Positions 21,573 through 35,600 of a DNA stretch of 64,000 bases are shown in pieces. The notes under the pieces are model-generated. The model made no database searches, was not told the origin of the DNA, and saw only the letters and a list, made by a program, of their open reading frames with translations. The stretch is from Felis catus. Its lineage: Eukaryota. Position 1 is the first letter of the stretch; each line of letters begins with the position of its first letter. The DNA is taken from contig NC_058368.1 of assembly GCF_018350175.1 (NCBI RefSeq), forward strand, positions 133,984,001 through 134,048,000, in the 5' to 3' direction. The position numbers and the translations under genes are program-made.

Positions 21573-22702
21573 CAGGAACTTACTTTGAAATGATTCAACA
21601 CACACACACATACACACACATGCACACGCACACAATTGAATGGATACATATATACATAGATAATACCAAAATATAAACCATTGTTGCATCTGTGTGGTCT
21701 GTATGTAGATTCTGGTTGTACTAGTCTGTCAACTTTCATTTTAGAAAATTTTGATTTTGAGAAGTTGGGAAAAACCCTTTCTGCTATTGTCCATTTTTCT
21801 TGGCTCTGCTTTTGGTTGCACTTACTTATTCTCATGAGATTCTGCCTAGCCCCGTAGGCAATTTATTTACTTTGGATCAGAAATGTTTACCTCTGGAGGC
21901 TTATAGGAGACACGGAGCATAGGGATTTGGATGGGATATCTTGTGGGTGGTACTCCAAACACTTGGCTGGCGATCCTGAACAAGATAGGACTCTCAGTGG
22001 ACAGATCGTGCATGCCTCCCAATTTTAAGACACTTCTATGCATGGGGAGGACAAAGAAGAAATGGAGCTTTGGGGAGACTGATTCCTCTCTGGAGTGCGT
22101 GTTTTCCCTGATGTTGTGGTTCTAAATTATTCTGCTGTTTACCTGCTGTGTGGCCTGACAAGAGGGTAATGTGATTTAGAAACTCAGCAGTCATCCAGAA
22201 AGTCTGTTTCCAGTCAGGCGCTAACCAGGCACTGTCAGGGGATTGGCCTGGGGTATATTAAATCCCAAATTTAGTCCAGAGGCCAATATATCTGCAAATG
22301 TTAGAAAAGTTCAGTTGCCCTTTGCATGGGTCTCATCAATTCCATGTGGTATTTTCCATGTGAAAGTAAGAAGTATTGCATCCAGAAAGCTGGGATTAGC
22401 ACCTCAGGTCTCCTGATAAGGTGTCAGCATATGGTTAAGATGTGAACATTTATATACACACACACCCTGTGTCAGCCACACAAGACAAAAAAAATAACTC
22501 TGGAAAAATAACTTAGATCTCAGAGAAAAGAAGAATGTAGGTGGTAATGTATAAAGGACTTCCTAAAAATGAAGTTTTTCACAGTCTTTGATTTAAAAAA
22601 GTCTTTTGTTCGCTGTAGGAATAACAATAAAAGAGAAAAGTCATTTGAAGCTAATTGGGGAAGTAGAAAAATGAACTGTAGTTCTGTGTTTTCTCAGTCC
22701 AG

Positions 22703-22895
22703 TAATAATAATAATACTAGCAACTGTAATGCCAGTTAACATTTATTGAGTGCTTACTGTGTGCCAGGCATGGTAAGCACTTTTTACATTTAACTTAGTG
22801 AATTCTCATAATGACCTAGGAGGTAACTATTATTATCATCCTAAGTTTTAGAAAGCTGAGGTCCAGAGAAGTGAAATAACTTGTGTGAGGTCCTA
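22703..22895 (-). mobile_element. MIR
   Basis: AACATTTATTGAGTGCTTACTGTGTGCCAGGCA and CTGAGGTCCAGAGAAGTGAAATAACTTG. Confidence 0.85.
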
Positions 22896-23789
22896 TGATG
22901 AGTTATTACCAGGTAAGATCTATCAAGTGGTCTTTTGAGGCAAGCTAAATAAAACTGTATTGCATTTTTGTAGAGTCCCATTTTTACTTCCTCCTCTTGC
23001 CATGGTAAGGCTCGTCTTATCCCTCTGAAGGAGGGAAAAATGCTTTCATGACTCACTGTTAAAAAATTAATGTTGTACAGCAGGACTTATATATTTGGAA
23101 TAAAACTTTCACAAAACACTTTTACTATATGTGATACACTTTGCTATTTCCCATTATATTCTGTTTCATTTTAAAAATGCTGATTGTGACATGCTCATGG
23201 ATTTTATGTCTTGCTTAATGATTTAGAACCCATTGTTTAGAAAAACTCTTCTTTAGTTCACTTCACTTTTCACAGTCATCTTATGAAGTCAGTATAATTT
23301 TAACACCCGTTTTACAGATGAGAGAACTGAGTGAGTATGTTCAGGGTTTATGCAAAGAAGCCAAAGTCTATACCTTATACTTGAGATTATATATTTTTCA
23401 AAACAGACATTAGTTATGTTAAAACACAGCTTTGTAAATTCTTATGAGCTTAATACATTGTCTGTAGCCTGAATAAATACACAGTCTTGTACATCCGGGT
23501 ATATGGGCACTGTTCTAGATCTAACACAAGAAGATGGGCCTGTAGTTTATCAAAGGTAAAGTAACTAAAGTTGTGGTAGCTTTTAGTTATTATACCTGTT
23601 TCATCATTTGATTAAATAATTACAACTTTTGTCATATGGAGATCTGAGGAATTCTTTGAGATCAGAGTTGCTTATTTTCTAGGAAAAGGATTGAAACACA
23701 GAGGCCACACCTTCAGAAATGTGGTTAGCAGACTCATCTGGGGATTTGTGAATTATATATTTCGTTTTGTCAGCCTCCAGTGAAATTTC

Positions 23790-24190
23790 AGCATTTGTAT
23801 CAATCATTAGTAGGCGATGGACCACACAGCATGACACATTACACTTGTGCTCTCACACAGCACACGAGAGTTTGTCACCAACAGAAATTATCAATATTTC
23901 GTATCACCTCACAGTATTGCAGACATTTCAAAATATCATTCATGCTCATCAACTAAACTGAAGTCATGCTAGTTACCAGAGCCACCATTAGATCTTGGTA
24001 TTGAATGTGCTGATGGAGAAGCACACGGATTAGTGTATCACAAATGTTGTTCTTAATATTTTGGTCATTGCGTTTCAGTATAATTTTATGTTTTCGAGTA
24101 CATTAGAAAATAGAAATAAGAAAGGGTCCATAGGTCTTACCAGATTGTCCAAGTGGGCCATGGCTCCGAAATGCATTAAGGCCTTGGCTA
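23790..24190. mobile_element. hAT-Charlie-type DNA transposon remnant
   Basis: End AAGGGTCCATAGGTCTTACCAGATTGTCCAAG...TTAAGG resembles remembered Charlie4-type termini. Confidence 0.45.
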
Positions 24191-25353
24191 AAGGACGGGG
24201 ATGGGGTGGAGGAGCTTGAACATTAGCTGATGGTTCCTGGAGACCTCTTTAGAAACAGGGCCTATTTCTAGCCCCTCAGCATCAACATCATTTATTGTGA
24301 TGGTTTGGCATATGGAGAAGTGGACTACCTGCTCTTTCTAGGCAACGTGGAAACTGATGGGAGCGATTTCTTTGGTCCTTTAAGTTTTTTCCTCTGGTCT
24401 CTGAGTCTGTCCCTTATGTTCACTTTCCTGTTTTTGCCTTCTTCATTGATAGGACTCTGCCTCTTATATTTGGCACACAGAGGCATGAAGGAGCTTTAGA
24501 GCTACCGTTTTGCTGAATTTAAGTGGAGGAAGTCACCTTTGTTTAGCAGATACCCATTGTTGATGGTTTCAACAACAACAACAAAAAACCCAACTGACTG
24601 ATTTTCTTGTCCCAGTAGTGGGAAAAACCTACATTTCTGGGCTGAGTCCTGGTGTTAGTCTTCCTAAATATTCATGTTGCTTTGCAGAAGTTAAGGGCCA
24701 GGGAAATGACCAGTGATTTAAATTATTGCTAGACCTGCATTACAGTGCTGGGAACATTAAATAATAAGTAACACACCTACTCTCTCTCAAAAGTCTCTGC
24801 TTTGATGAAGGGTTGCAATGGTTTTCATTCAGTCTTGTGTTAAATTTAGCCATAAAAATGTTCTGTATATTTACAGGAAAATAGGTTATTGTGTGTTCTA
24901 TGAATTGACATGTTTGACAAAGCTGAATTATTCTAATCTTGGGATCATCAGGATACAGAAAGTTTAATTTACCTCTGAAATTCCTTTGAGATGATATATA
25001 CTCCCTTCTATGATGTTATCAGAGTTACCTCTGATTGAATAACTCCATTCCTTTTTCACAATCTTAGCATGTTCCCTCTGTTGTCAGTAGAATGATGGAG
25101 TTCAAGATGCTTCAGAGGGGGCCCAGGGTTTCATGGTCTGGGCCCTGCTACTTCTTTATAGCTGACCGTCTTCCCCCATGTTATATAAATTCCATCCTTT
25201 CTAAGGTCCTTGTATTTTCCTGCACTCATTCTGACTTCAACTACCATAACTCTGCATAGGTGATTCTTTCTCTTGCTCTATTTGCTTCCTGGAAAACTCC
25301 TATTGGTCCTTTCAAATCTCTTGGGCATCACCCTCTTTAGGAAGACTTCCCTT

Positions 25354-25714
25354 TAAAAAAAGTGGTTTTAGGGGCGCCTGGGTGGCTCAGTCGGTTAAGC
25401 ATCCGACTTGGGCTCAGGTCATGATCTCACGGTCTGTGAGTTTGAACCCCGCGTCAGGCTCTGTGCTGACAGCTCAGAGCCTGGAGCCTGCTTCAGATTC
25501 TGTGTTTCCCTCTCTCTCTGACCCTCCCCCATTCATGCTCTGTCTCTCTCTATCTCAAAAATAAATAAACATTAAAAAGAATTAAAAAAATGGTTTTAAT
25601 TCCAGTATTGCTAACATACAGTGTACTATTAATTTCAGGTGTACAATATAATGATTCAACAATTTCATCCTTCACCCAGTGCTCATCCCCACAAGTACCC
25701 TCCTTAATCCCCAA
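25354..25714 (-). mobile_element. Very short L1 3'UTR insertion carrying a SINE in its tail
   Basis: L1 3' end at 25591-25714. 13-bp TSD GAAGACTTCCCTT at 25341-25353 and 25715-25727. Confidence 0.8.
25371..25582 (+). mobile_element. CanSINE
   Basis: Flanked by TAAAAAAA(G)TGGTTTTA. Confidence 0.95.
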
Positions 25715-26044
25715 GAAGACTTCCCTTGTATTGACCTCTACTCATTGCTACCCATCCAATAGAGGCTGGAGGATCTGTGTTGGCATATTAACTGGTGGTA
25801 TTGCTCTGAATGCATTAAAATGGCTTATTTTCACAGTAGTATCCTCCTTTAAAATGGAATTCTCCTTGAGGAGAAAGAGAGTATCTTTATCTCTTTATTA
25901 CAGGTGTCTAGCATGAGACAGGTACTCTTCTGATTTTGGATGAAAAAATATAATGGTCATGCTAACCTAACTGATGGTGTGTTGAGAGGATGGAGTAGTA
26001 AAATTCAAGCATTACATATTACATACCATATGGGTCACTTCTTG

Positions 26045-26533
26045 TGTCCTTCCTTATGTACTCGTAGCCTAACTTTTGACTCCAGCCGTTGCTGTGACAA
26101 CTGTGTGCACTTGGGACCCATCAACTCCTTGTCTCACCTGCACCACTTAATTCTTGCTTCCTGATCTAGGGCTTCTCTGATGCTTCTGCTTGCAGAGACC
26201 AGGCCACTCATTCTACCCTATGCTCACACTGGAAGTGGGAGTGATCTAAACCCTATGGGGCAATGGTGGTAATTGCTGGGTAAATATTACCCAGTCCCCA
26301 CATTCCTCAGGAAGACACTGGGGGCTCATTCTGCAAGACAGTTCAAAGTATCCCAGGAGGAAGGAGCCTCAGTTGCCCATCCCAGTGACTATTTCAATAA
26401 AATGTCTGTGTATTGGCTTCCCCTCCTTCCCTGTTTCAATCCGCCCTGTTCTTTACTCCTGTACCTTGGAATCACTTCCCCAAAAAAATGATCTTGTCTG
26501 AGGCTCTGCTTTTGAGGAAACCAGACTAAGTCA
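26045..26533 (+). mobile_element. ERVL LTR (LTR16-like)
   Basis: 3' end TGAGGCTCTGCTTTTGAGGAAACCAGACTAAGTCA matches the remembered LTR16 end. 5' boundary approximate. Confidence 0.6.
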
Positions 26534-27321
26534 GAGCCCTGATTTAAAACCAGCCTCGTTATGTTATATTTTTCTTAGCTTGAGCGATGTTTGGAGACTA
26601 TTTGCAAGTCTCATAAAGTAGCCAGATGGTATGGAATACAAATAAATAGGATAGCATCCCCTGAATTTTGTATAAATGTGCTATAAAGTATGTGATGTTT
26701 TGTGAGTTAGGGATTCTTATTTCCTTCAATCAGGAGACAGACTCAGACAGTTGTTCAGTTTTGTAAAAACACTTCTCCGTAATTCTACAGCTGTGTCTTA
26801 GGTGGTAACTGATAGTGATATTTTGATCACAGCTTTACAGATGGTGAGGTCCTAGACACAGCAGCTTTCTCTGAGCAAGTGTGAGGCCCTGGAAGACACA
26901 CGCCTTTCCCATAGGTCAGCATAAGGAACTTGGATGTGAAACTCTATGCTAATACCAGTAGGCTGGATGGCTTGCTCTGGTGTGTACGTGTGTGTGTATG
27001 TGTTCGTATGTATTTCTTTTTTAAGCACAAGGTGTGGATTCCAACCTCATATTTTAAATATCATAATCCTTGGATTACAAATAAAAAAAATACTTTTTTT
27101 TTGAAAAATGCAAATTATTAACCAGTAAAATTGGCATCTGAAACCCTGTGCATTACCAAGTGGGTAAATTACGGAATTATTGTATCCTTTGCAGCTTAGA
27201 AGAGACACTCAGCGTTACTCAGAGCTGGAGACCCAAGTAATTTCTAACACAGCCTAGGCCTTTGGAGTCCCCTTCTCCTGGTCCTGTGGTACACCACACT
27301 GCCTTTTCTTGAGGATCTTTC

Positions 27322-27395
27322 TTTTATTTTTTTAATTTTTAAGAATTTTTAACGTTTATTCGCTTTTGCGAAACAGAGCAAGACTGAGTGTGTGG
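27322..27395 (-). mobile_element. CanSINE tail fragment
   Basis: TTTTTAACGTTTATT...GAAACAGAGCAAGACTGAGTGTG with no SINE head. Confidence 0.65.
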
Positions 27396-27511
27396 AAGCA
27401 GCCATAGAGAATACTGAAATGAATGAGCATGCCCGTGTTCCAATAACGCTTTATCTACAAACATAATGGCAGGCCTGATTTGGCCTGAGGGCTATCATTT
27501 GCTGTCCCTTG
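27396..27511. mobile_element. Half of a MER58-like hAT MITE
   Basis: GCAGCCATAGA...GTGTTCCAATAA...GATTTGGCC...TTTGCTGTCCCTTG. Confidence 0.7.
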
Positions 27512-29324
27512 TTTTACACCATTGGAGTTACAGTGATTTCTACTTGTTGGTCGTAAAAAGGCTAATGGGTTCGGGAGTGTTAAAACCGCCGCCCCGCCTG
27601 GTGGTGAGCTGGGCTGTTGCATCACAGCACACACGTGATTGGGCTTCCTTCCAGGTCTGTGTATGGTCAGACTCTGAGCCAGCAGCCAAGACAGTGAGCC
27701 TGGCACCCACGGTGCTCCGGTTTCCAGAAAGAATCACGAATACTCTTCCTGTGCAGATAAAGGAACAATTGTACTACAGGAGAACTTACTGGAAAGTAAC
27801 GTGGGGTCACCAGGAAGGAAAAGGAATTCACTCCTCAGTCACAGTCTTCAGTCTGGTTGGGAGTCACTCAGACTTGGAAAGGTCAGTTAGGATGCATGTC
27901 TGATTTTGGCAGGCCTCCAGGGCTCTGCACTCATGGAATAATACCTTGGCTTTGGTGATTACAATGGCACACTCAGAGCTTCCTTTGGCTGCTCCGGCCA
28001 TCCCTTCCTCCTCACAGTCAGGTACATGATTCCTTCCAGTATTTCACCCTCATGTGTCATCTGCCGATGCTAAGATTTATTTCTGTCAACCAAAATTGCC
28101 AATAGACTCAGTTTGCCTTCTTTCAGTTTTATCTTTCACAAACCTTGACAACATGGCTTTTGAGTCTCATACCCCATGCTTCCCATCCCTGGGATCTGGT
28201 CCCAGGTTTGAGGCCCTGGAAGACAAATGTCTTTGCAGAAGTCGATGCAAGGAGCTGGGATTGAACCCTATTATGCCAGTGGACTGGATGAGTGTCCCTG
28301 TGTGTGCACATAGGTACGTGCATCTGACTTCAACCTTCAAATCGTAAGATCACCTTCCCCTTGGGCCTCTCTGCTCAGCGAAGCTCCTTCAGTAGCCTTG
28401 GTGCCCTCAGTTAGATTCATGAGTGGGTATTCTCTGGCTGTCATTCTCTAGTCATCTCTCCTTCTCATTTTTTATCAGGTGGATCCACATCATGGTCTGT
28501 TTCAAAGTTGAAGGAGGGGCTTTCAGAGGCTGGATGAATTTTTCAAAGGATTTAATGATCTAATACTAAAGAAAAGTACATGCATTACCTGTTTTGATGA
28601 TCAGTTGGCCACACTGGATACTGGTCATAAAAGCTCTTAATGGAGGTCTAAATTTTTAGTGTTGAAGTGTTTTAGGGGGAAAAAAAATCACACATTATTA
28701 TTATTTTCTCCAAGTAGCACTCTGGCCCTTAGGGAAAGGGATGTTGGTCGTTATGTGAGAGGAAGCAGAAATGAAGAGGAAGGAAGGAAGGCAGGAATTT
28801 GATTATTTCTTCATAAACAGCTGATTCCTTTAGCACCTGGCTGTGGCTCCTGCTGCTGTGAGAAGAATATCAATGGCTTTAATATTCCATTGTTTGTGGC
28901 TGGAAAGCATTTGCTTGCTGTTCTAAGCTGCTTGGCTCGCAGGCTGGCAACGGGGCAGAAAATGTGGTGGATATAAGAAGAAAACAAGCCAAAGTGCTTT
29001 AAGTCAGGTTAGCTTCCCCTTTAAAGCCCATCTGGGATTTCTTTCTCTCTCCCTTCTTAATAAATCTGTTTGATTTGTAACTATATTTCTTACCCTGAAG
29101 AGTGGCATATTCTTCAGTGTACAGGTTCTATTGTTCTGCTCACATTATGGCTTTTTTGTTAGTATTTTTAATGGCCTACTTTGTTTTGACGAAATCCTAT
29201 CTTCTTCAGTAACACCAACGTTGACGAATGATTAATGAATACAAATGAAAAAACCACTCTCAAAACAGAAGCTAGAAAAGGTGGGGGAAGAGCCGTGGGC
29301 AGATGAATTTGAAATGGCTCATTA

Positions 29325-29338
29325 CCACAAGGTGGCGC
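29325..29338 (+). promoter_or_regulatory. CTCF core motif
   Basis: CCACAAGGTGGCGC in repeat-poor sequence, close to the CTCF consensus, with the CpG retained. Confidence 0.55.
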
Positions 29339-32300
29339 TGTTAAAACACCTCATTTTAAAGTCCTAAAAACAGGTTGCAGATAAAGAAGGAAAACAAAAT
29401 TAAAGACCCTTTCATAAGAAAATACTTGGTATCACAAGAGTGGAGTGAGCGTGTGTGATGTTATTTGTGTGTGCATGTGTATTGAAGATATAATCGTTAC
29501 GGGGAGAAGTGATAGAATTGTGTTTGTTTTTTGAGAGAGGTGTTTAATGATTGATACTCTCATAATTCAAATAGTAAATATTTTTATTGGGTTTTTTAAG
29601 TATGTTTAATTGCAACTGGATCCTTCCTGGAGTTTTCTGAAGCATGACATTGTGGACATCAGAATGATAGGTTAAATTTACCATTGCTTAATCTACTTGC
29701 TTTCTACATAGAGAGCTTGCACACTAGGGGCATTTATTTGAAAACAATTAGTGCTCCATTAGGGGAAACATGAGGCTAGCAGGGTCTCAAATGTTCTTGA
29801 CTGCTGTGGGAACTTGGTGTGTGGAAAGATGGTAAGTTAATACAGTACTTGGAAAATACTTCCTTACTTTAAAACGTGTTGTCTATTATGCGACTCCCTT
29901 GATGCCACTACTACTGTTGTTAAAAGTGAATGTTTTCATGTTTGTGCATTCTTTGTTTGTCTAGAGTATCATTTACTGTTGGACAGAGAGATGAAAAGCT
30001 GATATTTTTCAAGGTTGTACTTTGAAGGAAAGGTGTTCATATAATGGTCCAGATGATCTTACTCCTGAGCAAAGGCAGGAGTGGAAAGTTATCTAACACA
30101 AGTGAGTAGAAGCACCCAAACTATACATGGATGTTCCCTTACTCCATCCTCATAGCAATTCTCTGAATCAGATGATGTTAATAATATCCATTCTCAAGAG
30201 AGGTTCTGAGAAGTTAAGTAACCTGTCAACTGTCACAAAGCCACCGTGTGGCACAATCAGGAGTTGAGTTCAGAAATTATTCAAGGGAGGAAATGCAAGG
30301 AAATGAAAAGGAAAAGGTCTAGGCTGTCTTGCAATTTGTATTTAGACAAAGCCTGATCACATAATGTGGATCTCTTTGAAAGAAAAATAAACCTGCTTTC
30401 CCTACAGCCAGATGAGGGCTGTAGGTAGAGTAATACACACATGCATGTACATACATATATATATATATTTTTTTCTACTTCTCATATGCAATTTTCATCT
30501 CTGTCTTAGCATAACTATAACATTTCCCACCATCCACAAAGCATGTTCTGTGAATTTTTACCATAGCTGGGGGGAAGCACTACAAGTTGATCATGAAAGC
30601 TGTAGCTGTGATATCTCCCAGATAACTCATACTACAGAGGCACTGACCCAGCTGGAAATGCAATTCATGATAGAGAACTCAACTGATTTCTGCTTCAGGA
30701 AAAATTACGTTAATGGGAGTATGAAACTTTAATGACAGTGATACATGCTAGATACTCCATATGCTGGCAGAATCTGAGCCTATAGTAATATAAAAAATCC
30801 TCTTTATTGTTTTGAAGTATCTGAAAGAATTATATGTCTATAATTAGACTTATAATTGAATTCTATTTAGGGTAGTAGTATTAAGCCTATATTTTGCAGA
30901 GATACCTGTGTGTCCATCTGGGAAATTGTGTGGAAGGTGATAGTTTGTATGGGGTGGGGGTGATGGTGGGTGTGAAGGGAGTGTAATGGAGGAGGTGGAC
31001 TTTGGTCATCTATCTGGAGCAGGTGGGCGATTTCTTATACATACAGTATTTTGTATATGTGGGATATTTGATTTTGGTGTCAAGTCCCATAGTATATTGG
31101 GAATCTAAGTGATTTATTTAGGTTTGTTTGTCTATGTATGTATGTATTTATTTATTATTTTTATTATTTATGTATTCATCACACAATCATACTTAAAATA
31201 TTCAAATATTTTGACGATTTGTTTTTAAAAATGAGAAAAGATTCCCTGTGACCTCTGGCTTTCAGGATTGAATGTGACACAGTATTTGGAAAGAAAAAAA
31301 TTATTATAGATCTCAGAGAGGTGCATCACAAAGGATTTAAATTCTTAGTTTGATATATATAAGAAAAGGAAAGAATCTCATTCTGTGATGACAAATCTTG
31401 AACCAGCCCGAGGCTGACTAATATAGAAGTAAAAGCAAGCAGGAAGCATTTTGACAAGCCGCAGACCTGGGGTTTATGCTGCAGTTTTGAATGGTGTCCT
31501 CTAGTGGTTCGGAAACAGTGACAGGAGTGTCATTTATTTGGCTGTTTCTTGGCTCGTTTTTCATTCCTCTATGTTACAAAGGGATCTCACATGCCCATTG
31601 TAGAGAAGGGAATCAGAAGACCTGGATCAGCAGGCAGCTTGGAGACTTTTTTTTTGTTTATGAGAAAGGTATGTGGTTTATCTTCTAGCGTACTACTAGC
31701 TGTGTTTTCAGGATAATATTTTTGGTGTCGAAAAAGTGCTTCCTGCCTGGCATTGCACTTGCACTGTTGCCATTTGTGTTTTGCTGCAGTTGAAACATGG
31801 TGTGACTTGGTCTAGTTCCCAGCTCCTGGAGACCACAGGAAGCACAGACAGGTACCTGCTTGATTCTCCACGGCTGCAGACATTCCCCAGGGTGCATCAG
31901 GTAGCACACACTGCACTTCCTGTGTCATGCCCACGTCCAGCTGTCAGGCCCTCACCCAGAGGGCTGGGGGAGTACTTGGGAGTATTTTGTTGATTTGGAC
32001 TCAAGGTTAAGCAATCTGTTTTAGATCTGAGGAAACTTACCTTAAGGAATATTAAAAGGTCTTATGAAAAGGTTGGAAGGATTGGCTACATGTCGGTTTG
32101 TTAATGAGACTTGAGTCATACTTATCTTGGTAGTTAATCAGTTAATAAATGATTTCAATATGATATTTCCTTTTCTTCTTAAAAGTTTTTCCCTGGCCCT
32201 AAAGGGTTGCCAAGGATATGGCGGTCTTTGGTGATTTCCTGTGCACCTTTTGCATTTCTTTTTTTTAATGACACCTCCTCAGTATGGAGAAACAATAGAG

Positions 32301-34072
32301 GAAAAAGGAAATTTAGGGAAAATAACCAAATGCAGGATCAGGAATCAAGCTGAGATTTTTGCGTTCCATGTTCTGTATACTGCTTTGGCATTGTTAATAG
32401 CAAGCTAAGTATTTAATAGCTAAGCAACAAGAACTTGAGACTCGAGCCCCATTTTTGAGATTCACATACACCAAAAACTATTGGGAAGCAACACCTGAAG
32501 TGTATATTTATTACTAATTTATTTACACAAGACCTCATTCTGTAAAGGAAGTTAGTGGTTTGCAGCAATAACATGTACAATAAATAATAGCAAAATATGA
32601 AACAGAGGAGCTGGAATATGTATATCAGGACAAAAAGCCAATATGAACTTAACCAAAGGACTTCAAGAATGTTCCATGAGGGCTCATCAGCTGTTACAGT
32701 CCTGCCTCCTGTCTGGCAGCAAGCCAAGATGAGGCCAAGTGTAAAAAGGACCACAGGCAGAAAGTAAGGAACATGGAAGCCTTCCCTGACAAACACATCC
32801 TCTCTGAGTGCCCGCAATTCTCATCATTCCTTAATCACGCATTGCGCCGAACACTAGATCATGGAGAAGCTTAAGAGGGTTGATTTATCTGCATATCAAA
32901 TCACTATTAATTGTTACAGAATGGGGCCTGAAGCAGGTACATTTTGTTGGCAAAAGGGGGTTGGGTCAGGAGCTTAGCACCCTCAGGCCGAGTCCCAGGT
33001 GGGCATGCACCCCAAGGGTCTCGTACATGGTGGGGGACAGGCAGTGTGAGAGTCAGGAGCTCTGATTACAAACAGGATCTGTACTGTAGCTTTCTTTTTT
33101 CCTTTAATTGGCATTGGTATAATAGGATTACAAAATAAAAGGAAGCCAAGGATTTATAATTGCTTTGTAGAGAAATATTTACCCTTATTTCTAGGAAATG
33201 AAAGAAACGTGGGTAGGGATGTCCTCTTCTTATAGGAAGATACAGATTGCTTCTTTATTTGGCATCAGCTACAACCTGTTGGCCTAATTATAATTTGGCC
33301 AAGTCAAGAAGACACAGGGAAGCAAAGGATTCAGGCTAGCAAAATTTTATTTCGGTCTTTTACAGACTTTTGTGGGTCATGCTGTGATGCAAGGAACAGG
33401 TATCTGCAAACGACCTTTGATGCCTTCTCTTCTCTGGGTTGCCTAGACAGTGATTCAGCTGGTCTGGGGGACTTCCCTGTGCCAGGGGGAGATGTTGTGC
33501 CCAAGCTCAGCTTCTCACAGGATGGGTGACTTTTCTCGCAGCGGGAAGGCCTGCAATTCCACATGGGCCTCAAGATCTCTGGATGCTGGGTGGCTGGCTT
33601 TCCTGGACAATTCTGATAAAGTTAGCATCTAAACACAGCCCCCCTAGCAACAGGAATCTGTCTGCACTTCCTACAATAAGGCCACTTTCTCCTGCATATC
33701 CTTAACAAAGGTACAGAGGAAAGGGGGTTGGGTTTCTTTACTGCACAAATAAGCCACAGTGCTTGTCTAGCAGAGTGCCCCGGCCACTCTCTTTGGGGCG
33801 AAGAGTGACCCCACCTTCTCTCCTCTCCTCTTGCCTAACTGTGCAAGCCTCCACTTTCCTCAATAAAGCCCTTTCTTTAACCCATATTCTGTGATGTCGC
33901 AGTTCCTCTAAGGTCCGTGCGTGACAGGTTGCAATCCATGAGACTCACCTTTAGAACAGTTGTTGTAAAGGCAACAGGAACGATAGCCTTTGTAGCCCAC
34001 ATTTAAATTGTGACCCAGAGGTCACTAGAATAACATAGCAAAATGGCATTTTCTTCATGATTAAAAATCCTC

Positions 34073-34272
34073 AGAGTGCCTGGGTGGCTCATTCAGTTGA
34101 ATGTCTGACTCTTGGGTTTGTATTGGGTCATGGTCTTGTGGTTCTTGAGATCAAGCTCTGGGTCAGGCTCTGTGCTGTTGGTGCAGAGCCTTGGGATTCT
34201 CTCTCTCCCCTATCTCTGCCCAGCTCTCCCCCCCAACCCTGCCCTGCTGCCGCTGCCTTTAAAACAAAACAA
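34073..34272 (+). mobile_element. Degenerate CanSINE
   Basis: GTGCCTGGGTGGCTCA head and A-rich end. Confidence 0.85.
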
Positions 34273-35337
34273 AACAGCTCTCTTAGGTTCAAGGTTAGTT
34301 CTGGACCTGGAGTTAATTGACTCTGCTTAGGCATCATTTATAGCCTCACAGGGTAGAAGCCTCCCTCTACTTAAATTCTAACTTCATTCCTGTTAATTGT
34401 GTTGCTCTCTGTAGGTAAGTATTAAGCAGACCATAAAATGCAGCGTTTGTGGTCAGATTTCATATGGGGACCTGAGTGAATGATGTACAACACTGGAGAT
34501 AGTTTCATTAACATGATCACTCTCACTAATGAATATTTACCCACCTCACACTGGGTGCTCTGCTCTGCTGACTGCATGCTGAATGATCCTAGCATTGGTA
34601 ACAAATACAGGTTCCAACGTTGTGGAAACAGTAAAGCCTTATGCAAGTGTAAAGTCGTCACTCAGTTTTATTCATTTTATTGTTGTTATTGTTGTGGGAA
34701 CACTGGTTAATTCAATTCTGTCCCCTGAATTCAACTTTAACCAGGATTAGTTTTTATGACAACTAAGGGCATTGCTCACCAACGAAGGAAAATAAGGATT
34801 GAATTGCTTTTCACACGTCCTTTTAAACCTTCTGTCTGAATATCATAGAACTCTGCTATTTTATTTATTAATTTATTTTTAACATAGTTTATTGTGTAGA
34901 TTCAAATAGGTCTTGAGACTATAGTGTTCCCTAAAACAGAACATCTGCTTGTAATTAAAGTATTATGTCACATGTTCAGCTCACTTATGGTTATAGAGTG
35001 CCATCTACCACTTTCCATATTAACAAAGGACTTTATTAAACTGTAGACAAAAATCTAAATCATTACATGAAATAGAACAATGAGTGCTATTAAGTTGAAG
35101 TGCCATCCAAAGGTAGAGAATTACAGTAATATATTGGGAATTATGCATTGTAGGAAGATTTGTGCTCTTTATTTCTTATTTTATCACAGAATTTTATTGA
35201 TCATTGATCATAATCTTTAGTTGAAGACATGTGGTTTAGTATTTTTAATAGAATAATGAACACCTGTGAAGTCCCTGTCCAACCCCAGAACAAGGCCACC
35301 ACCAGAAAAACAAACAAACAAAAAACCCCCTACTCTT

Positions 35338-35530
35338 GGGGTGCCTGGGTGGCTCAGTTGGTTAAATGTCTGACTTCAACTCAGGTCATGATCTTATGGT
35401 TCGTGGGTTCAAGTCTCACATTGGGCTCTGTGCTGACAGCTGGAGCCTGGAGGCTGGAGCCTGCTTCAGATTCTGTGTCTCCCTTTCTCTCTTCCCCTCC
35501 CCCACTTGGGTGTGTGTGTGCGCGCGCGCG

Positions 35531-35583
<53 letters not shown>

Positions 35584-35600
35584 AAAAATAAACATTAAAA
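35338..35600 (+). mobile_element. CanSINE with expanded (TG)(CG)(CT)n linker
   Basis: CCTACTCTT on both flanks. Microsatellite at 35510-35580. Confidence 0.93.
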
